Below, piece after piece: positions 41,676 through 56,091 of a DNA stretch of 64,000 bases. Where the stretch lies: contig OX597816.1 of the NCBI GenBank assembly GCA_951406725.2, forward strand, positions 138,942,001-139,006,000, given 5' to 3'. Under the pieces are notes generated by a model. That model did not search any database and was not told the origin of the DNA. It saw only the letters and a list, made by a program, of their open reading frames with translations. The translations under genes were made by a program, and so were the position numbers. The stretch's first letter is position 1. Every line of letters begins with the position of its first letter. The DNA is from Octopus vulgaris. Taxonomy: Eukaryota.

Positions 41676-42999
41676 CTTAGAATTTGTGTGTGCATGCGTG
41701 CGTGCGTGTGTGTATATGTGTGTGTGTGAGCTATTACTAACATGAACACACTCATTAGCATACACCCACACTCTTATGAGCATATATGATACGAAAGCAT
41801 AAAATAGAGAGAAAATGCCGAATGTTGCCAAAATTGCCAGTATCATATAATAATTTCACTCCTCTTTAGTAATGGCGAAGCCGAAGAGCACAGAGAACCG
41901 GGGGTTAGGAAAGAGGCAGAAAGAAGAAAAGAATTTTGATAGCAGAAGACCGAGGTTAGTGTGGTGGTGGGGGGGGAAGAAATTGAGCTAGCTGTTCACG
42001 ATGCTACGTGGATGGAAAGGAAAAGCTACCAATTTAATTGGTATTCAATTTGTGTTGTCTGAAATTGCATCTAACCTGTTCGCAAATCAATATCTTGTAT
42101 TCCGTGAGTTATTTATTCCTACAATATAGCGTCTTTATATCTCACATTTGATAACAAATCTGTATTTATGTGTTATTATTCTAAATATTGATTATTAAAT
42201 TTATAGCTTGTTTAACAAATGAAGACCATAAAATTTATGTCTCAATGCGATTCCTATCTACGTACACTTCATCGTACAGTTTAATAACGTGGTTCACATC
42301 AACACGTCTACACACGTATGCACACGCAACGAGTATGTTATTGCTGTGTAGGTATATACTCATATCTATCTGTCTTTCTCTACCTCGGTCTCTCTCTCTC
42401 TCTCCTCCCTTCCCTCTCTCTTTCTCCGCATGTCTCCTCTTCTTTCTTTTTTTCTCTCTACCTGTCTTTTCTATCTATGAATCTCTCCCTCCCCCTCTCT
42501 CTGTATGTATGTATATACAGACACACACGTTTACACACTTACATATATACAGTGTAAAAAAAAAAGAGAGAAATAATCTAAGGGAAATATCTTGAATAGA
42601 CGAATCATTTCGAAAAGGGTCGACGTACATAATAAAATTCTTAAGTGAAATTTACCTCATTTGAAGAAAGAAATATAAAAAATCTGGTATAAATTATTAT
42701 CGCCTCTGAACCAAAAAAAAAGTTAAATAAGAATAAATTTTCTCAGAACTAATTTACATAATTTGGTGTAAAAGGGTGATTCTGATTGCAGTCAAAAACA
42801 CGTTTGCGGATATGTTTCAGTCTAGTTGTACCTCATCAACATAACATAATGTATAAGAATCTGCTTTGAACAATTGACAATGGATTTTCTTACAGAGAGC
42901 AACTTCAGGAAATTTTTAATCGTTTCAACAATTTCAATAAAAATTGCTATGGAAAATAACTAGAGTGAGTCTGTATTATGTGTTTACATAAATAAGTTA

Positions 43000-43350
43000 A
43001 CAGAAGCGTCGAATCAGTGCTATTATATGGCAGTGGAAGATGGACACCGACAAAGAAATTATCAAGCGGGCTAAATGGATGCTACACAAGGATGCTACGA
43101 ATGACCCCAAATGTGAAATGGCAGCAACATAAGAGTAACGAATGCCTTTATAGAGACCTGCCGAAAGTTAGCGAGAAGATCAAGCAAGTGCCGCTGCGAT
43201 AATCTGATTTCTGCTTGCGCCACTCTGAGCTGGTAGCATCTTCATTAGTCTTGTCGAACCCACTTCATGGAGATGTAAGAAGAAGCAAGCGTTGCCACAT
43301 CTACATCGATGAATTGAGTGCAAACGCAGGCCTGGAATATATCAAGGATC
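43000..43350 (+). mobile_element. RTE-clade LINE ORF C-terminal remnant
   Basis: VESVLLYGSGRWTPTKKL..LNGCYTRMLRM..NVKWQQH..LYRDLP..RHSEL..PLHG..YIDEL matches the RTE thumb/C-terminus. Confidence 0.85.
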
Positions 43351-43547
43351 TTGTGGTGTGTTTACGTCCCCGTAACTTAGTGGTTTGGAAAAAGAAAAAC
43401 GATAGAATAAGTACCAGACATAAAGAAAAAGTAAGTTCTGGGATGGATCGACTTGTTCGACTAGAATCTTTCAAGGTGGTTCTCCATCATGGCTGCAGTC
43501 AAAATGACTGAAACAAGTAAAAGAATAAAAGAATATATATATATATA

Positions 43548-44444
43548 TTGGACCATCCCATAAATAACGCGGTTTTTTAAACTTAAGCTGCTCAAGCTAC
43601 TCGCAGTAGTTCTCCTTTGTTATCGTTTGGTTTGGGTTTAAAAGTTCAAAGTGGACGAAGCCTTTCGTATCCCACCAAACAGATAACAACACCTTACGTC
43701 GGTGAAGACCTTCTTTAGTCTACTAGGGTGCCGGTGTTTCTCCGTTTCCTACCCACTGTCTTCAGCGCTTGACATCTTTATAGAGAACCCATTTCTCGTC
43801 ATCAGTCACTATTCAGCCTAAAAAAAGTCCATTCGTGAGACGTGACAGCAAAGAAGAGCACACAAACTCTCTGCGCGCGATAAGACTCGGAAAGTTTGTG
43901 AGGAACCTATTGACTCAATTTTCTGACTTTTCCGATGTCATGCAGGTGTTGGTTGAATGGTTGAATGACCATAGCCAAGCCCTCTGCTAGATCCTCAACA
44001 GTTACGATGGGATTTTGTTCCACCAGGGTTTGCAAGACGTCCTCGTCGAGCTCTACAGATTTTCCAGGACGAGGCTCGTCTTCTAGGCTGTAGTTCCCCG
44101 ACTCGGAATTTCTGGAACCATTGTTGACACTGGCTTATGCTTATTATCTGATCACCATATACTGCATTTATTTCCCTCGCACATTTCGTTGCGTTGTTGC
44201 CTTTATTGAACTCATAAGGCAAAATATGCCGAATATGCTCCTTTGTCACTTCCATTACAGCTTTGAAAAAATAACTGTTAAGATCGAACTGCATGCTTCA
44301 AAACTTGCACAGAGAATAAGCACAAAGTAAAATTATTACCTGCTTTTATAGCAAGTTGACGCAGGTAGTTTATCCCGTTCCCCTCCGACATTTAGTTCAT
44401 GCAATTGAAGAAAAAAAAAACGCATTATTTATGGGATGACCCAA
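43548..44444 (-). mobile_element. Internally deleted mariner element with both TIRs and TA TSD
   Basis: ta-ttggaccatcccataaataacgc vs gcattatttatgggatgacccaa-ta; MEVTKEHIRHILPYEFNKGNNA..WFQKFR mariner HTH; frameshifted. Confidence 0.93.
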
Positions 44445-44619
44445 TACATATACATTAGATAGACAGACAGCCAGACAGATAGACAGATGGATAGATAAAC
44501 AGACAGACAGACGAACATATGGATGGATGGATGGATGGATAGACAAGCTGACAGATGGATAGATGGGTGGATGGATATATGGATAGGTAGATAGATAGAT
44601 AGATACATACATACATACA

Positions 44620-44651
<32 letters not shown>

Positions 44652-45073
44652 CATACGTATATACATATTTACATACAAAGATTCTTAATATATGTGATGG
44701 GGCTAACTGTGCACGTATTTGTGTCTGTCTGCATGTGTGCATATGTGTTTGTGAGAGAGAGAGAGAGAGAAAGAAAGTGAGAGAGCGAGGGAGAGAGAGA
44801 TGTATGAGTGAGTGAGCTTGTAGACAATGAAGACAAATGCCGCTTCTGAAAACATTATCTTATGCCTAATTGAAGTTGGTTGGGAAAATGTTTAACACAG
44901 ACACAAACACAGCGGGTGTCTATCGCATCCCACTGGTATGTGTTTTTAATGTATTTCTCTTCCCGCCACTCTCTTTTTCTCTCTCTCTCCCTTCTCCTCC
45001 CTCTTTCCTGTCTCTTTCTCCTCTCCTCTCTCTCTCTCTTTCGCTTGTTCGCTCTCTCTTTTACCATACTATA

Positions 45074-45118
<45 letters not shown>

Positions 45119-45517
45119 AGGCGTGGGTATGTGGTAAGAATCTTGCTTCCAAACCACATGGTTTGGGGTTCAGTTCCAGTTCGTGACATATTGGGCGAGT
45201 CTCCTCAACTACGGCCTCGGGTCGATTAAAGTCTTCTGAATGGCTCTGGTGGAAGGAAACTGAAGTACATTTAAACCCGTCGTTATGCATATATGTGTGT
45301 GTCTTTGTATCTGAGTTTGGCATAAGGCCAGCAATTTCGAGGAACGGGTTAAGCCGATTGCATCGACTTCAGGATTAAACTGGTATTAATTTTATCGACC
45401 CCGAAAGGATGAAAGATAAAATTAACTTCGGCGTAATTCGAAGTCAGAACGTGTCGACGGATGACATGCCACTAAGCATTCTATCCGGCGTGATAACAAT
45501 TCTGCTACCTCGTCGCC

Positions 45518-45595
<78 letters not shown>

Positions 45596-45604
45596 GCACG
45601 AAGC

Positions 45605-45655
45605 TTTGTCAGTGAACAGGTCGCGGTCTCAAAGCGACGAAAATATTCTGACAAA
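45605..45655 (+). ncRNA. Minimal hammerhead-like motif, G3-C8 core variant, in a ~200-bp insert (45593-45795) in (TA)n
   Basis: tttgtca-GTGAACA-g-gtcgc(ggtctcaaa)gcgac-GAAA-atat-TC-tgacaaa; 7-bp stem I, 5-bp stem II. Confidence 0.75.
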
Positions 45656-45792
45656 TCAAATTTAAATGTTGAAGTGAATCTAACGGCTTTGTGTGTTTCT
45701 TAAATGGCTTATAAACACCTTCCACGCTGCAATTGTTTTCGTTCCAGCACACGATCTCAGATCAAGTCACTCGCTATGCAAGTACATTTCCG

Positions 45793-45830
<38 letters not shown>

Positions 45831-45906
45831 ATAAATATTAGGGAATGAATCCAAAATTACAGGGAAAAATCAGATTTAGGGTTAATCCAATTTTATAGTA
45901 AAATAT

Positions 45907-46228
45907 TATATAATATAATTCGAGACAAAACCACTATTTTAAAACCAAACAAGAAAAGACTTAATCAATACATAAAATTTTAATATAAATTAAATAAACC
46001 GCCACAACAATTGTTTCATGTCTGCTACCGACAATCTTCAGGTGGATTTTCGATCTTCTAATCAGTATCAAAATTTGATACTGATTAGAAGATCGAAAAT
46101 CCACCTGAAGATTGTCGGTAGCAGACATGAAACAATTGTTGTGGCGGTTTATTTAATTTATATTAAAATTTTATGTATTGATTAAGTCTTTTCTTGTTTG
46201 GTTTTAAAATAGTGGTTTTGTCTCGAAT

Positions 46229-46239
<11 letters not shown>
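45907..46239. repeat. Perfect palindrome, 166-bp arms centred on 46073, with unique tail 45826-45906
   Basis: Arms are reverse complements with a single unpaired central base; embedded in (TA)n. Confidence 0.92.
46101..46144 (+). ncRNA. Minimal type I hammerhead ribozyme (mirror copy on minus 46002-46045)
   Basis: ccac-CTGAAGA-t-tgtc(ggtagca)gaca-t-GAAA-caattg-TT-gtgg. Confidence 0.85.
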
Positions 46240-46280
<41 letters not shown>

Positions 46281-46589
46281 ACATGTACGCACACGCACAT
46301 TAGAATGACAAAGTCACATTATGAAATGAGTATATAGAAATATTGTTGATAGAAATGTTTTGTGTATAGTTTTATTTTTATACATATTCCACCAGTAATT
46401 GAACAGATCAATAATTGAATACGTTGCAGGCGTGAACATCATCACTTAATTTCGGAACCTACTGTCTCATCATTTAATTTCGGAACCAACTCTTTTTCAC
46501 ATGAGAGTAGGGGTATATTTGAGGGAGCTGCCTAACAATTTAGGCAAATGTTTTCTACTATAGGTTTGGCTAAGTTCTGAGCGTGAGTT

Positions 46590-46836
46590 GTAGGCGAAGG
46601 CACTTTATTTCACGTTGTTCCAGTTCCTTCGGCTGTAGAACTGATTTGCGATGTCACAGGTGCCAAGCTGTATCGGCCTTTGACTTTCCTTTGGACAAGA
46701 TCAATGGTGCGGCGAGAAGCAGGTATGCATGGCCGATTGCTGGTCTTCCATAAGCAACATTTTCTGGATATGTGCCTAGGAGGGGAACATTGTAGGTGCT
46801 ATCCCATGGTCATTCATGACCGAAGGGGGGGGGGTC

Positions 46837-46868
<32 letters not shown>

Positions 46869-47310
46869 TGTATGTTTGTATGTATGTATATTTGTATGGA
46901 TGTTTGTATATATGTTTGTTTGTATGTATGTATTATATAGAGGGAGGTGTCAGGGTGAAGAGTAAAGACCTCCTTCGGTCATGAATGACCAAGGGATTGC
47001 ACCTAGAAAGTTCCTCTCCAAAGCACAAGTCCAGGCAAGGTTGTTTATGAAAGACCATCAGACGCCCATACATCCCAGCCTCCCCACTCCATGCCACCAA
47101 TGTTGTCCAAGACAAAGGCTGATACAGCTTGGCACCAGTGATGTTGCAACTCATTTCTACAGCTGAGTGAACTGAAGCAATGTGAAATAAAGTGTCTTCG
47201 CCTACAATATACGCTCGCAAGTTTTTAGTTAGCCCAAAACTATAGAATACAACACACAGTCTGGTCCGGGAATCGAACTCACTATCTCATAATTGCGAGT
47301 CCGAACATCC
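46590..47310. mobile_element. Two SINE C copies tail-to-tail (46590-46835 plus; 46960-47310 minus)
   Basis: Shared gtgccaagctgtatc / tggtcattcatgaccgaagg in opposite orientation. Confidence 0.85.
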
Positions 47311-49247
47311 ATATATTCCTCAGGGGTTGACACCAACCCTTGGCATTGAGAGTTATGCCAGCTACCAAACTGGTCGTTACTGCACTACCCTAAAGGTCCC
47401 AGGTATCCCATCTAGGACGAGGCCCATGTACAGCAATAAATTGGGATTCAAGTGCCCATAGCTATTCAACGCCATTTGAAAACGGTGCCCCAGCATGACC
47501 ACAACCTTTGGGCTGAAACGTATAAAAGAAACCTGTGTATGTGTGTGTGTTTGTGTATACCTCACTTTAGTTTAGACCATATGATTCGTACTTATTGTGT
47601 ATCGTATTGATAATGGTGACATCATACTGTTTGTCTAGGTCATTGTGAAGGAATTTAATTTCAATTTGTATTCGGTTAGCAAGTTCATCGACGAAATTAT
47701 ATATATCGATTATATAACAGTGAATCGAACGGTGAGCGACATGCTTATTATGTAAACTAATCGGAGCATCGACTTGTTACTATTTATATGTGTGTGTGTG
47801 TGTGTGTATATGTGTGTGCGTTTCTGGTGCATGTATGTGAATACATGTATATATGACAAATATATTAAATATATATATAAAACATTAGATTAACATACGC
47901 ATATATATGTATAAATACATACGCACATTCATATTAATAGGCACACACATACACAAGTACACACACACACACACAAGCATATATATACATACATACGTAC
48001 GTACATATATATATATTTGTGTGTGTGTGTGTACGTATGTATGTATGAATGTATTCACATACATACGTGAATGTTTCCATTGCTGTACATATTAATAATG
48101 CCATTTCCCGTTCAATTTCGTGTTCATGACCAATATATGTAATCGCATGTCATTTTACATCTGCACGAGATGTGTCCATGTCTTCTACGCTATTATCGTC
48201 AAAATTAGCTCTTCTTACCTGGATTAAATTGTTTCTCAGATTTTATATCACAACCTAAAATATACACTCAGAGACTTTCTATCGCAAGAAAAACCATTGA
48301 ACTGTTTCAGGTATAGTATATCATCAGAGTGCGCGTTTATAAAGCAAGAATAAGTGCCCCAAGAGGATATCAATAGAATTTTGCACGGTTCCCATAAATA
48401 CTTTTAATTGCCGATTTTATTATCATTTGCAATAAGAGAAACTTCAGCTCTTTGTTCTAATTATTTAGAAAACTGTGGGAACACATGTCGAATATGTGAC
48501 ATCTTAAACAAAGGCATTTCATATAATAACAGAGAGCTAAATTGTTGGCTATGCTTGACGGAGATATTCCAGATATTCAAACCAACTGTGGTTTCGCTGA
48601 AGAAGACATTACAAATATAAATCTGGCATCTGTTGAGACAAATTCTTCCGGCAAATTATCACTCTTCTGATACTTACTGCCAGGCGATACGTTATACATA
48701 CTGCAGGTTAAATAACCAAACAAACGTAAGTCAATATCGGAACTGTCATATAGTGTAGTGGCTAAAACCTGTAGCTGCTATGTTTTCTTAGATGCCAGCA
48801 GCAGGCTGTCCTGAACTAATGAGACCAACCTTATATGTGTTTTGAATAGACCACTTGCTCCATAATTTAGTTTACCCAGAAATCCCCGATCAACATTACA
48901 TTGAGTAGCAAAATAGTTAATCAGCAACTGATGTCTAGATTTGTAAGCCATGTATGTATGTATGTATGTATGTATGTATGTATGTATGTATGTATGTATG
49001 TTGGTAGGTAGATAGATAGATAGGTAGGTAGGTAGGCAGGCAGGTATTAAAATATTGATTCAGATTAGCATTTCTTAAAGTTTCACAGAATTCAAGAGAA
49101 AGCTTCCGACCACTCGGTTGCATACTTCAGACTCAGTAGCTAACATCTGATGAATGAAGAGTATTCATCTCACTTTGAAATTTTAGGATATCAGTTTCTG
49201 CGCCAAGCAATTGAAAAGCTCAAAACATGATCAATGTTTTCTTCTTC

Positions 49248-49347
<100 letters not shown>

Positions 49348-49385
49348 GCTCAGCTTATATGCATACACACACACACACACACACG

Positions 49386-49420
<35 letters not shown>

Positions 49421-49595
49421 GGGAGAAGTGGGGATGGTAAAGGGTGGTGTAAAGAAGAAGGAATATTGGCGGGAAATATGACAAACTGTTTAATAGGACC
49501 ACAAGGTAAAAATATTTAACAGGCTCAGAGGAACGGGAACGCACTTGAGAGCCATATTCGATTGTTGTACACTGATAGCCTGCTTATTTCACCGA

Positions 49596-49671
<76 letters not shown>

Positions 49672-50041
49672 GTTCCAAAAGAGGTCTCAGGGAGTAGTGT
49701 CCCAGCCTTCCTGAGCTAGTTTTCCATCATATCTCTTAACAATCGTAGAAGAGGCCTTCATCTTGGGACCATTCATGTATGGAAAATGTGGTTGGGGGTA
49801 AGCAAGGGTATGATCCTCGTAGAAAATCCAGCTTCAAAAGAGCCTCATGACAGCAAGGGGTAATGGGCACCAGACAGCCCAAAGGTTGCTATGGCATTGA
49901 GGTAGATTCGGTCAACACTGTTAAAGGGAACAGAACCCGGAACTAAAACACTGGATGATGATGATGATGAAATACACACAATCAGCTATACATACACAAA
50001 TGTGCATTCAGATACCTAGATATGTATATGTGAATATATAT

Positions 50042-50136
<95 letters not shown>

Positions 50137-50245
50137 GCATACATATATGCACACGTATATATGGACGTATACAGAATTACATTCACCAAACGCATACACA
50201 CCTAAACATGTATGTGTGTTTACATGACATACGTAGCGATATATG

Positions 50246-50308
<63 letters not shown>

Positions 50309-50462
50309 TGTATGTATGTATGTATGTATGTATAAAATAAAGAATGGAACTAGTAAAATTCGGACTATGAGCCAATAGTGTATATTTCAGTAAGCTTATT
50401 GTACCAGTTTTACTTGTGTCATTTTTACCTAAATTCATATATATATATACAAAGATACATAT

Positions 50463-50538
<76 letters not shown>

Positions 50539-50549
50539 TTATATATAAG

Positions 50550-50597
<48 letters not shown>

Positions 50598-51403
50598 TGT
50601 ATGTATGTATGTATACATACATATATAGAGAGTGAGAGACGGAGTTAGAGACAGTAACAGAGAGAGCGAACATTTCTCGATTAGAGTGCCGGTTGAACTC
50701 AGATGAAAAACACAACAAGCTATTCGAGTACAACGATCGAATATGGCTCTCAAGAAACTCGCCGTTCGCTAAGATCTCCCTAAATAGCTTTACTTTGCCC
50801 CTATTTAACTAGCTGTCATATTGCACGCTCGTATTTCTTCTCTTTTTGGCACTACTTACCCTCTCCCCACTTCTCCAATATGTCGGCTACTTTGACCACA
50901 ATGGCGAGTGGCGCTCAAGTCTATGTTTATTATATTCCATTGCAGCTGACTCATGCTGTAGTTTTTCACAGCCACGCTATATCTAAGTCTAGCATATAAA
51001 CGGTAAATAGGCTGAATGATTGTTCAAACTCGACAGAAATTGCTTCCAGCAAGAGAAACAGCAGGTTATTTTGATCTTTCAAGTGGTAGTAAAAGGTGTT
51101 TGAAAGGTGAAGCTAGCGAATACAGACAATAATTGGCTGCTAACAGATATGACATTACACAGCCTCAACTCTTCAACTAGACACCGCATGCGAGACTGAA
51201 CAATGCTATGTTAGCGTATATGTGATGGTGTTTGCACACGCCATTGTATGTCATGTGTGTTTAATTGCCTACGTGTACGTTTGTGTCAGTGTAAACAGGC
51301 GTACATAACTATGTAATTACTGATCTGTGTATGTATGTGTTTTGCGTGTGCGTATATATATATATGTGTGTATGTGTGTATGTGTTTGTGAATGCTTACA
51401 TAG

Positions 51404-51516
<113 letters not shown>

Positions 51517-51676
51517 TAGCTAAACTCAAAGTTGTATTTCTGCACAAAGACACACACACACATGAATGTATGAACAGTCATTCAAAGCCAGATATTTTGT
51601 GTCTGCATACATATACACATATGTATGTGCATGTTTGTATGCATGTATGTATATGTGTATATATGGTATGTGTATA

Positions 51677-51811
<135 letters not shown>

Positions 51812-52259
51812 ATATATATACATATACACATATACATGTATACACATATATATGCATACATATATACATACACCCTCACTCACAGACACACAAACACACG
51901 TGTGTGTGTGTCAGAATTCTTGACCACGAGTTCGATCCACTAAACAACTGACTTCATTGCCTTAGCATGTAAGTGGCTGAGTATTCTTTAATGGTATTCT
52001 GAGGTCGTATTATCGTGACTCCTATGAAAAGGCTGGACCTTTGAATCAAAGTTACACTGTGTCCAATAAAATTCTTACACATTTTATGCCAATCGCTTTC
52101 GTGGAGCAACTCGAAGCTAGAAAGAATGATCCATCGCGAAAATACTTGACAGTCGAATAGCAACCGGGTCCTTATGATTGGGATACGAACTCCTTAACCG
52201 TTCAGATATGGCACGCGCACCAACACACACATGTAGATAGACATATAGAGATATGTAGT

Positions 52260-52315
<56 letters not shown>

Positions 52316-52458
52316 TTTGTGTGTGTGTGTGTGCGTGTGTGTGTTCTATCAAATTCCATTCACAAGACACTCAAAGGCAATAGCAGAAGGCTCTTGTCTA
52401 AGGTGTTGCACTGTGAAATCGCACCTGAATCCCCAAAATTAACACACACACACGCACG

Positions 52459-52518
<60 letters not shown>

Positions 52519-52865
52519 CACACACAGTTAATGTCTTGAAACACTTCGCAAATTGCAGACTTCCTCGAAAAATAACAAAAGCTGAATGCCAAAAGTTACG
52601 AGGCTTTTCATTATAAAGATCTTCCGACCAGTTATAAAAAGTAAATGCATCCACGTTAGAGCATTGCATGCATTTCTAGAACAATGCTGCAACACTATAA
52701 CAACACAAGATATATGTTGGCAGTTACAAAGAATATGAACAAAACGCCCGATTATGAACAGTTAAAAAATTGCTGTAGCAGTTCACGTCTTTCTTGTCAG
52801 TTGTAAGGCCAATATATTCCCTTTAGGAGTTATGACGCAAACATTGTTTTAAAATAAAACTAAAC

Positions 52866-52908
<43 letters not shown>

Positions 52909-54709
52909 CTAAAATATAAATAGATAATTCTTAAGCTCTTCTATGTTTTAATTTTTCTCTCTAATTGTCGAATATCCGTGCCAAATATTTCAAAATTAAA
53001 TGATGCATAAATTTTGAGATATTATGTGTCATTCTTAGTCTACTGAATCTAAATCCTTCTACAATGATTCCAACAGAGATTTAGAACAAGTCAATAAATA
53101 TATTATTATTCATGTATTCTTTTACTTGTTTGGGACATTTGACTGCAGCCATGCTGAAGCATCGCCTTCAAGGGTTTTAGTCGAAGAAGCCGACCCCAGG
53201 ACTTATTTTTTGTAAGCATGGTACTTATTCTATCGGTCTTTTATGCTGTACCGCTAAGTTATGTGGACATAAACGCACCAACATCGGTTGTCAAGCGATA
53301 GTAGGGGTCAAACACAGACACAAAGTTATATATATATATACACGACGGACTTCTTTCAGTTTCTGTCTACCAAATACACTTACAAAGTTACAGTAGAAGA
53401 CGCCCAAGGTGCTACGCAGTGGGAATGAACCGGACCCATGTGGTTGGGAAGCAATTTCTTTATTGCCCACAAGGGGCTAAACACAGAAGGGACAAACAAG
53501 GACAGTCAAAGGGATTAAGTCGATTATATCGACCCCACTGCGTACCTGGTACTTAATTTATCAACCCCGAAAGGATGAAAGGCAAAGTCGACCTCGGCGG
53601 AATTTGAACTCAGAACGTAGCGGCGGACGAAATACCGCTAAGCATTTCCCCCGATGTGTTAACTTTTCTGCCAGCTCGCCACCTTACAGGTCTGGGCAGC
53701 AAGTTTTTTTACCACACAGCCACACCTGCGCCTGTATATATATAGATTTAATTATAAACTTTAAAATGGACCACCAGCATAACGTGGTAGACACAGAACA
53801 AGTCTCATATGTTTTTGTAGGAAAACTCAGCGATATTAATCTTTAGAAAGTTGATATTACATTTCGAGGCTTATACAAAATAGCACCAGTATTGGATTCG
53901 ACAGCTGATCCGGAACAAAACAATAAAATCAGAACTTTTGATAAATTTCATAGATAATGATTGCCCAACATATACCGCATGTCATAGATATAAGCTTAGA
54001 AATATAGCATTTGTGAGTAGTAAGATTAGATAGGGTAAACATTTTTTTAAAAAAATGCAAATTTTGAAATTATGCTTTTAGAATCCATCGCTTTGATAAT
54101 TGAGTATACTGAATTACATACATACGTACATACATACATGCATACACATACATACATATACATACATACATACATACATACATACATACATACATACATA
54201 CATACATACATACATACGTACATACATACATTACTTAAATACCAATATTAAGAAATTGGGCTTCTGAAAACCAGAAAGGAGAAGGCTGATTCGGAGACTA
54301 CAGAGCCAGGTCATCACTGGCACTGTAAAAGTCTGTAAAACTTTCGAGAAGTTTATCATTTAAATATATATGAGCATTTCTAGACATGATACTATAAGCA
54401 TGGTAATACATGCATAAAACAAAACATACAAACCTGCATATATACATACATACAAAAATACATTGTCGATGTTGAAATTCTCTATCGGCAAGAAATCTTG
54501 AAATAATTGAATAATGACATACTCTTTACTCTCTTTTACTTGTTTCAGTCATTTGACTGCGGCCATGCTGTAGTACCGCCTTTAGTCGAGCAACTCGACC
54601 CCAGGACTTATTCTATCGGTGTCTTTTGCCGGACCGCTAAGTTACGGGGACGTAAAAACTCCGGCATCGGTTCTCAAGCGGTATTGGGGAGACAAACACA
54701 GACACATAA

Positions 54710-54787
<78 letters not shown>

Positions 54788-55270
54788 GATGGGCTTCTTT
54801 TCAGTTTCCGTCTACTAAATCCACTCACAAGGCTTTGGTCGGCCCGAGGTTATAGTAGAAGACACTTGCCCAAGGTGCCACGCAGTGGGACTGAACCCGG
54901 AACCATGTGGTTAGTAAGCAAGCTATAGATGTGGTAAAAAAAAGTGAAAAAAAGAAAACGATGACGATGTAGAAAAACAAACAGGGTGAGTTTGACGCTG
55001 AGGAACATTGGAAGAAGTCTTTAACGTTTCCGACCTAAATGAGGAGAGAGAGAGAGCAAAATAAAGTGAAAACAAAAAGCACGTGTAAGTAGACAGTCAC
55101 CGGATGGTGAAATGATCGAAACAGGAAGAAATGGGCATGTGGCGTGGGTAGCAATGGAGACAATATGTGTGGATGTATGTCTATGTGCATGCATGTGCAT
55201 GTATATACGTATTTTATATGTCTGTGTATGTGTGTGTGAATATATAAATACACACACATATTTAAATATA

Positions 55271-55744
55271 GAGTAATCCCTCACCATATCGCGGTTCACC
55301 TATCGCGCAGTCAGTACATCACGGTTCACCTATTGCGCCCTCAGTACATCGCGGATTTTTCTGGTTAGTATACGTAAATTTATGTCGTGGACTCCTCAGT
55401 GTATCGAGGGTTTCTGCAGCCGATAGGTATTTAGATTTTTTAGATTTTAATTATTTCTGTGGTAAAATAAGCATTTTCACGCTTAAAAATTAATAAATTA
55501 ATAAATAAAAATACAGTACTGCACTGTATAACACATTAATAAGAATATATTAAAAGATAATATGTAGTGTACCGTAGATGAGTAAATAAAGAATCGCACA
55601 TACTGTATGTAAAACGAAACTCGGGTGGCGAATGTGTGGTGTTGCTTTGCATTTATAATAAAATAAATATATACAAATTATAAAAACAATAACAAAAAAT
55701 AAACAGGGGCAAACGTAACACCCGCGATAGTTGGGGGATTACTG
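55271..55744. mobile_element. pogo/Tigger-like MITE
   Basis: ta-gagtaatccctcaccatatcgcgg vs ccgcgatagttgggggattactg-ta; TA flanks. Confidence 0.75.
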
Positions 55745-55794
55745 TATACATATACATACATATACACACACACGCACACATACAACACACACAG

Positions 55795-55903
55795 GGTAGA
55801 AATTATTAAAAAATAACAATTTTTGCCAGTAGCCAGCATGCGTGAAAAACGTCCAAGGACTGCAAATTATATTCAAATATATATATAAATTATATATATA
55901 TAC

Positions 55904-55998
<95 letters not shown>

Positions 55999-55999
55999 C

Positions 56000-56091
<92 letters not shown>

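Noticed and set aside
49147-49190. CTGATGA-atgaa..ttcat..GAAA
   Set aside because: GAAA is not adjacent to stem II; no stem I or III.
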